A stretch of DNA of 64,000 nucleotides, taken from assembly GCA_025558095.1 (NCBI GenBank), contig JAIVFI010000001.1:682001-746000 (forward strand), in the 5' to 3' direction. The position numbers and the translations under genes are program-made. Position 1 is the first letter of the stretch, and every line of letters starts with the position of its first letter. Shown in pieces: positions 56,460 through 64,000 of the stretch. A model generated the notes under the pieces. It made no database searches and was not told the DNA's origin. It worked only from the letters and a program-made list of their open reading frames with translations. The stretch is from Hyaloraphidium curvatum SAG 235-1 (Eukaryota; Fungi; Monoblepharomycota).

Positions 56460-58732
56460 ATGGACGAAGACGAGGGCTCCGGGCCGGTGGAAAACGATGT
56501 TCTCGACGATGCCGCGGCCGAAGACGCGAAGCCCGCCGTGGGCAAGGCGGCCCGCCGCGGCGCGCGCGTTGTGCCGTGGCCGGACTTCCTGACGCCGGTC
56601 GCGCCGGGCCCGCACCGCACGCTCGACAACGAGCTGCTCTCGGAGCTGCGATCGCGCGTGCGGGATGCCGTCTATGCGCGCGACCCCGCGGCCGGCGACA
56701 TGGCGGACATTCTGCTCAGCACGCGGCGGACCGAGCCCGAGCTGGTCTGGAAGCTGGGCACCCAGGTGCTGCGCGTTTGCGGCCGATCGCGCGAGGACGG
56801 AGAACGGCGGGCGGCGCGGTGGTTACTGCACGTCATGTCGCTGCGGATGCAGCCGCAGATGAAGCAGGACGTACTGCTGGAACTCGCCGTGTCGCTGGCC
56901 GCGTCGGGCCAGGTCGAGGAGGCGCTGCGGCAGCTGCAGTCATACCTGGGCCAGGAACCGTACGCCAAGAACGCCATGCTGCACGGCCACGCCGGGTTGC
57001 TCTATTACAAGCTCTGGAGGCAGGAGCTGGCGGGATCGGGGGAGGAGTGGTCGCTGCAGCCCGAGTTCAGCCAGGCCGTCGCGCTGGAGGACGAGTCGCC
57101 GCGGGCACAGGAGCTACGGCAGAATGCCGTGGAAGCCTTCAAATCGTCGTTAGGCCTGGACGTGCGGAACGACTTGTTTGTTGCCCATTTGGTCCAGGTT
57201 GGACTCGCTCTCCTTGTCGTGGAGTTGTCCACTCACAGCCAATGACCACAGCTGCTCGAGCTCGAGAAACAGCATGCCGAAATCGTGGCTTTGCTCTGTC
57301 GCTTCATCGAGAAGGATCCAGCCAATATTCTAGCTTATAGGTTGGATCCGCGTGCTGCCTCAACATGCTGTCGCTGACCAACGATTCAAGGCACTACTTT
57401 TCCTTTCTTCACCGCCACCGCGACGAGGTTGGCTTCGATTCTCCCTCCGCGGTGGAATGGCGCCTCGCCTACTTCCACCTGGACCCCGCTGCTGACCTCC
57501 GTTTCACCCTCCTGCCGCTCTTTGAGCACTGGAACGCTCTGCTCTCGCAGCCGCGCGAGCACGTCCCCGATCCCGACCCCGACGATCCCATGGCGGCCCG
57601 CATCCTCCGTTTCCGCTCGGACCTGGACGCCCGGGCGGTCTTCGTGGAGAAGATGGCCAAGATCGAGCTGCTGCTGGAGCACCTTGATTTCGCCAATTCC
57701 CCTCCGCCACCGACCGCCTTCCTCCCTCCCGAGACGGACGGCGACCCCCTCCTGGCCCCCTTTTCCGACACCGTAGAATGGGCCTGGGCCAACCTGGCCG
57801 ACTGCATTCGCGTCATCCGCGCCTACGACCCCCGCACGCACTCGCGGATGTGGGAGGACAGGCGCGCCTGGTGGCCCGCCTTTCACCTCGGCCCAACCTC
57901 GCTGTGGGACCGCTCGGCATCGCTCGTGACGTACAAGTGCTGCGCGGCGTACATGGCTTTCCCGGACCTGTACCGCTCCTCGGAGATCCGCACCAGGCTG
58001 GCGGAGCTGGGCCCCGACGCGGGGATCTGCGCCCGGTACGGGATCGAGCCGGGCGAGCTGCTGGATCCCATCGCAACGGCCGAGCAGCTGCTCCAGAATC
58101 AGAAGCGGAAACGGAGGCGGCTCCTGACCCGGTACGTGGCCCTGGACTCGGACTCGGACGCCTCGGACGGTGGGCGGGACCGCCTCCCCGACGACCGCCC
58201 CAAGCTCTCCTCGGACGACCGCACCTGGGTCCTCGCCGCTCTCGAGGATGTCCGCCGCGTCCTGTCGGACTCGCTCAGCCTGGAGGAGCATCCGGGCGAG
58301 CACCCCGTCCTCTCGGAGCGCGCCTTTGTCCTCCTCCTCGCGCCGCACCTGCGGCAGTTCCGCAACGCGTTCCGGCTGTACGACCTCGGCCGCGCCTCGC
58401 TGCTGGAAAAGTGCGGAATCAATGTGCTCTACCTGGAGCACAAGTGGATCGAGCACTCGCATCCGGACCGGTGGGCGATCGTGGAACGGCTCAAGGAGGC
58501 GCAGGCGGACTACTTGAGGTGGAAAGAGACGCTGCAGCACCCGGATCTGGACTACACCACGCGCAACGCGACGGCGGCGGCGAGAAAAGAGGCCAAGGCG
58601 GCCCGCGCAGCCGCGGGCAGGGCGGTGTTGAAGCGGGTGGTGGACTACTTTGGCCTGGAAGCCAAGGCGTTCGAGGAGGAGATCGGGATCCGGCTGTCGA
58701 CGCTGCGGGACAAGGCAAAGGACGACAAATAG
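56460..58732 (+). CDS. TPR-like protein resembling RNA Pol I core factor Rrn11/TAF1A; 2 introns
   Basis: PELVWKLG, GQVEEALRQLQSYLGQEPYAKNAMLHGHAGLLYY, WWPAFH; KRKRRR NLS. Confidence 0.55.
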
Positions 58733-58762
58733 ATCGTACATGCCGATTCTTGCTTCTCTTGG

Positions 58763-61022
58763 CTACAGCCTCGTCGAGAACCTGCCAGACTCCCACTCCG
58801 TCGTCTGCAGGAACCCTTCCGCAAACTCGATGTCCGGGTCCCGGTACACGTCCGCAGCCGCCGCGTCGCCCGCGCGCCCCGCGATCTTCCGCATTGCCTC
58901 GAGTGTGTCTTCGGACGCCGCGGTGGGCATCTGCAGCCTGGGCTTGGGGCGGCGGACGGCCGCGATTGGCGGCATGTACGGCTGATTGGGGTACTCCGAG
59001 CCGTCTGGTGCCTTCGCTGCTCGCGCGCTACCTTCCCTTCCGCTGGCGGTCAGCGCCTGCACATGCACCGGAACAACGAAGCTCCCACCTGTGCGGCATT
59101 CCCCGTATCCCCTGCGACCCGGACCTCGATCCCCTCCCCCTTCCGCGCTGCGAGCCCCCACGCCAGCCGCCCCGTCCGCGCTGCGACCCTCGGAACGGGC
59201 GGCGGTATCCCCTCCCCCCGCCGCGCCCGCGCCAGCCGCCCCTCTGGCTCGCCGATCCGCCGCCGCCGCCGCCGGAGCTCCCCGATCCCGAGCCCGAGGC
59301 AGATCGGGAGCCCGCGCGGGCCCCGCGGCGCTGCGATCCTCCACCGCCGTCGAACGGCGCGGCGGGCGCGGCAGGCGGGCCCTGCGCGTCGTCGTCGAAC
59401 TGCTCCAGGTATCGCCCGGCCTCGCCCCGCTCGCGGAGCTGGCGGAGGTCGACGAAGCCCTGCAGCGGGGAGAGGGAAGGCGATCGGGCGGGGGAGCCGG
59501 GCTCGGCGCCGGGGTCCCAGTCGTCGAAGCCAAAGGTGGGATCGTCGCCGTACGGCTGGCCGTCGTCGACATGTCCGTTCGGATCGAAGCCCGCGTCGCC
59601 GCCGTAGTCGAACTCCTCGTCGAAGCCGTCTTCGTCCCCGCCGAATCCCTCGTTGTCTTGTGCACCCGGCCCGTGCAACGCTTCCATGCCATCGTCGTGC
59701 CCTTCGGCTTCCGCCCTCGCGAAAGGTACCTCGAGATCCGCGGGTGCAGCCTTCCTCTTCCCCTTGGGATCCTTCCGACCTCCCGCAGGCGCAGCCTCCG
59801 TATTCCCCGTCGTCTTCCTGCGCCTCGCCGGCGCCTCGTCCCCGTCGTCGTCTTCCAGCACGTGGATGACGGTCGGCCCCGGGGCCGACTTCCGCTTCGG
59901 CCTGCGCGGCGACAGCAGGCTCGTGGAGACGACGACCAGGTCCGGCCCCTCGTCCTGCTCTGCCTCCGCCTTCCTGCGCCTCTTGGTCGGCCGTTCCTCC
60001 GCCGACGGTGGCGTGGGGTCGATCGCCTCCCCCGCGATCCGGTAGACCACGTCGCGGGCAAACATCTTCGAGAAGCCGGTCACCGGCCTCGGCCCGCCGG
60101 GGGTGCAGGACGAGGCGTGGAGCTCGATTTCGTTCTGCGGGAAGCTCGCGCCGCAGATCGGGCAGGCGACAGCGGCCGTCGCGCGGCGCGGCTGGGCCGG
60201 CTCCGCGGTTCTCGAGTCCTCGGGGAAGATGGCCTTGGCGAGGTCAGCACGAGGCAGGCCGGAAGCGTCCTCCACGTCCTCTGGCGCCTCGTCCCGCGGC
60301 CGGCGATGGGCCATCGGTTTCACGGTCGGGATCATCTGCGTCTCCGCGATCGAGTCATCTTCCCCTGGCAACGCCTGGCGCGGGGCCAAGCTCCGTCCGG
60401 CCAGGTGCTGCGTTCCCGGCACAATCACCTGCGAGTCCTCCACAAAGACTCCACCGCGCGTGTGGGCAGGAATACGGGGCAGAGGCGCGGCGAAAGGCGG
60501 CGGCTTCCGAGGCGAGGCCAGCCGCGGGAGCGGCACGGTTCCCCCGGGCGAAATGGGGCCAGATCCCACGCCTTTGGCGTCGGCAGCCCGAGATCCGCGA
60601 CCCGGCGATGCCAAAGACGGGGATTCGACGGGTATTTGCTCTCCTTTCGGCCTGACGGGCGACGCTCTGGCCGGCCTCTCCGATGGCTGCCCGTTGCCGC
60701 CGCTCCTTGAAGTCCCTCCCGCCTTTGGCGCCGTTCGGGGCGACGAGCGGGCCGAGGGCGCCTCATTCTCGTCCGCGGAGCCCTCGGATTCGGCAACTCT
60801 CGCGGACGCGCGTCCGTCGGGCGCCCGCTTTGACACACCGCGCCGGCCGCCGTCCGCGCCCTCTCCGTCGCTGTCGCTGTCGATCACGACGACGCGTGCC
60901 GGGCCCGTCGCCTTCGGTACCGAGGCCGCGCCGGCGCCGCGCCCGCCGCGGCCGCCGCGCTTGGCCGTGAACGCGTCGAGCGTGCTCTGCTTCAGCTTCG
61001 ACGCCGGCTTCCCCCGCGTCAT
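58763..61022 (-). CDS. Disordered nuclear protein with UBZ4 (Rad18-type) zinc finger, N-terminal PIP-box-like motif and RGG tract
   Basis: KQSTLDAF, VACPICGASFPQNEIELHASSC, RGG repeats; intron 59043-59088 joins to the last exon ending at 58763. Confidence 0.7.
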
Positions 61023-61817
61023 CGCGCAGCCGCCGTTCGAATGCGCGTCTGGGAAACTATCCCGTCGGAAGCATTTTGCGGCCCGCGAGCCGGCCTCGCG
61101 GAGGAGATCTGGAAGTTGGGGAGGACTCGCAATTCGGGGCCGCGGGACCGAATCACCAAACCTTTCGCACGGCCACCGACTCAGATCGAGGCAAAGGTTG
61201 AAGATCGCAGGTAATGTAGCAGGGTGGACAACGACGGCATATCAGAACCATAGCAGGCTTTGTCAATCTCTTGCCATGGGTCCGCAGCACAGATGGCTCA
61301 TCCCCACCAGTCGCGGGTGGTTATGGTCTGCCGCGACGCCAAGCGCGGCGAGGCCGCGCACGAGCTCTGGGCGGCGTACCAGCTGGATGCCGGGTGCGGC
61401 AAACGGTCGGGCACAGGTGCGCGCCAGCTCTTCAAGCGCGCCTTGGCATTGCTGTCCGGGCGGCCCCGCGCCTCGATTTACTCGATTTTCATGTCGTCGT
61501 TGAAATTGAGGAACGCAACACTTCTGCCTCCTCCCTATACCTGGTCTGCATTTTCCCGCCCTCGATCTTCGATCTCAGGGAGAACCGATGGGATGGTTCA
61601 ATCCAGCAACCACCCGTCCGCATCGCGAGCGGACGATTTGCAACCAGGGTTTTTGGCCTACTACGACCGCTGGAATTCTTACTGGAAAAGTAGGGATCTC
61701 TGCGGGATACGGCCTTGGGAGACACCACAGTCGGCGAACTTTCTGTGTAGAAGCTTCCAAATCCTCCGCAATCCACGCACGCGCTCGCCCGTATCGTACC
61801 CTCCCACCGCGCATCAA

Positions 61818-63025
61818 ATGCCCGCGTCGAGCATCTCCGGCTGGTCCGCCCTCGTCACGGGCGGCTCCATGGGCCTCGGCCTCGAATCCGCGCGCGCGCT
61901 CGTCCGCGACGGCTGCACCGTGACCATTGCCGCACGCCGGGCAGAGCAGCTCGCAGAGGCTGTCGAGGGCCTCAAGGCGGACGCGGCGGAGGGAACGGGC
62001 GTTTTCTCTGTGCAGTGCGACGTGCTGGTCGAGGAGTCGGTGAACAATGCCGTCAAGGCGGCGTACAAGAACGGCGGGAGCAAGCTGAACATCGTAGTGC
62101 ACAGCGCAGGAGGGTTCCAGCCGGATGCGCACCTCATTTCGCTTGTCAACGTTCCCCTGGAGGGCTGGAAGGTGCGCAACTGTGCAGTTGACTTGCTTCC
62201 ACCCATTCAGTTCCCTTCTCCTCTTTTCATTCTTATTCCTCCACGACACCCAACCGGCGCCGATCGTCAGGCCAACTTGGACTTCAACCTCACGTCATTC
62301 TTTCTCGTTGTCAAGCACGCGGCCCCGTTCCTCGCCAAGACGGCCAAAGGCATGCCAACGGAAATGTCAGAGAGACCGCCTACGGCCTCCGTCGTCGCCA
62401 TCTCGAGCGTTTATGCAGTTCGGCATGCCGCCTTCGGCTCGCCATACTGTGTCTCTAAGGCCGGAGTCGATGCCACTGTCAGGGCCTTCGCCTGTGAATT
62501 GGGTTCGCAGGGGATACGAGTCAATGCGATTGATGTGAGTGCTGCCGCCTCCGGCGCCGGGACCTTCGGCAGCCTGACGGTCATGCCCGGGCTGTCGAAC
62601 CTCGTCCAGGTGGCCGCTGCACGGTGGAGCAACTTCCTGACGTCGAGCAACGTGGCACGTTCGCTGTTGGGGCGCGTTGTTTTCTTCGCGCGCGGACGTC
62701 GGCAACCTGCTCCTGACGTGATGCACGCCAGTCCGGACTTATCTTGACGCCTCTCACCAAAGTCTACGAAGGCTCCCCTCTCTTCACATCCTTTTTCGGG
62801 AACCAGATCCTCGAGCGCCACGGCAGCGTCGCCGACATCGGCAACATGGTGCGCTTCCTGGCCGGGCCTGAGAGCGCGTGGATCACGGCGGAGTCAATTT
62901 CCGTCGACGGCGGGCACCGCGTGTTTGGCGCCGGGAGCGACCCGGACAAAACGGAGGCAACGATCCGGATGATGTTTGGGGCCGCGGCGGACGAGAGGAT
63001 CCAGTTTCCCGAGGCCGAGGAATAA
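61818..63025 (+). CDS. Classical short-chain dehydrogenase/reductase; 2 introns
   Basis: TGGSMGLG, HSAGG, AISS, YCVSKAG, GIRVNAI, WITAESISVDGG. Confidence 0.9.
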
Positions 63026-63226
63026 GATCGCCTTGGCCTTGCTGTCCGCTTCGCCCCGCACCTCCATGTACTCGATCTCCATCTCCTCGAAGAGTCTCGC
63101 CCGATACCGAAACAGAAACGATTTCTCGTCCAATTCGGTTTGCGGGGGGAGGCGACGCGACGGACGATGGATTCTCGTGAATGAAAGCTCCGGCTACCTT
63201 TTCGCATCGATGATTATAAGAGATGC

Positions 63227-64000
63227 TCAACCACGCCACTTCAAGTCTACGTTCGGGAACGCACGCCACCAGTTGACCTCCGACTCGGCGTAGTTTAGGT
63301 GTCGATGCAAGCTCACAACGATGCGGAGGTCCGGTGCGCCTCGGATCCTTCGGGCAAGCGAGGCCAGATCGGGCGAGTCTGCCGCTGGCCAAGGCCGCAT
63401 CGCGCTCAGCCCGGACAGCGCAACCTCCTCGATCTTCGGGAAATGGCACAGCATCCACTCCATCTGCGCGGCGGAAGATAGCACCACGCTGGCCCGACGC
63501 ACGGAAGGCAGTATCCCGTCGGGCAGAGGAAACCTGTCGAGCGCGCCGAACACGATCCTCATTTCGCGGGGACGGATGCCCGGAGCACGGAATAGCCAGC
63601 CGAGATCGTCCGACAGGATCGAAAGCGCGACCATCTTGGACGCGAGCTCGGGTCCGATGCCGATCTCAGAGTCGATGTACCTCTCGAGGCAGAACCCGTC
63701 GAGCCGTGCGGCATGCTGCTCCAGATCGCTGAGAACGTCCCGCCTGGCGCCCCCAACAACGTGCACGGAATCGAGGGAGAAGCTCCGGACGGTTGGCGGT
63801 AGCCAGAACCCCGTGCCGCGCGGCCGGATGAAGTTGCGGGCCGCGAATCCGATCGATTCCAGGAGCGGAGCTTCGCAGAGCACGGTCCAGATTTCCGACG
63901 AGCGTTCCTCATTGTAGAAGAAATCTCCTTGTATCCGCACTTGGCGCACGCGGGGCACGCATCGGCGGAGCAGGTCGATCTGCCGACCGAACGTCTCGTT
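63227..64000 (-). CDS. Hypothetical LRR/F-box-like protein, 5' end outside window
   Basis: Open frame with repeated P.(V/L)..(L/F).(L/I) units, similar in style to 10620-11738. Confidence 0.5.
   Translation of the reverse strand, partial: NETFGRQIDLLRRCVPRVRQVRIQGDFFYNEERSSEIWTVLCEAPLLESIGFAARNFIRPRGTGFWLPPTVRSFSLDSVHVVGGARRDVLSDLEQHAARLDGFCLERYIDSEIGIGPELASKMVALSILSDDLGWLFRAPGIRPREMRIVFGALDRFPLPDGILPSVRRASVVLSSAAQMEWMLCHFPKIEEVALSGLSAMRPWPAADSPDLASLARRIRGAPDLRIVVSLHRHLNYAESEVNWWRAFPNVDLKWRG

Noticed and set aside
61260-61817. N-terminal extension of the SDR, or a GNAT-like fragment
   Set aside because: The SDR fold begins at 61818; the upstream open frame has no convincing motif.

Overview
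GC-rich eukaryotic DNA with dense genes and many short (about 45-115 nt) GT-AG introns with CTRAC-like branch points. Gene content and architecture suggest an early-diverging (zoosporic, possibly Monoblepharidomycete-like) fungus; this taxonomy is inference. Ordinary genes: ABCC transporter 3' half, long-chain acyl-CoA synthetase, carboxypeptidase Y, SDRs, family-III CoA-transferase, M28 peptidase, RWDD3-like and Rrn11/TAF1A-like proteins. Several bacterial-looking enzymes are interspersed (two Gfo/Idh/MocA, ChaC, NylB-like hydrolase, alpha/beta hydrolase). Three things stand out. (1) Six paralogues of an uncharacterised ~7-TM protein whose layout and TM7 resemble the insect GR/OR-GRL-DUF3537 (7TM ion channel) superfamily, sharing an intron position and an H-x6-CPC-x2/4-C motif. 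(2) Three copies of a ~2.5-2.7 kb module, each downstream of one of these genes, that starts with an exact 24-bp motif, carries over 1 kb of conserved non-coding DNA and ends in an orphan helical-protein gene. (3) A stand-alone MICAL-type monooxygenase lacking CH/LIM domains. All family assignments come from motif recognition by eye; no searches were run.
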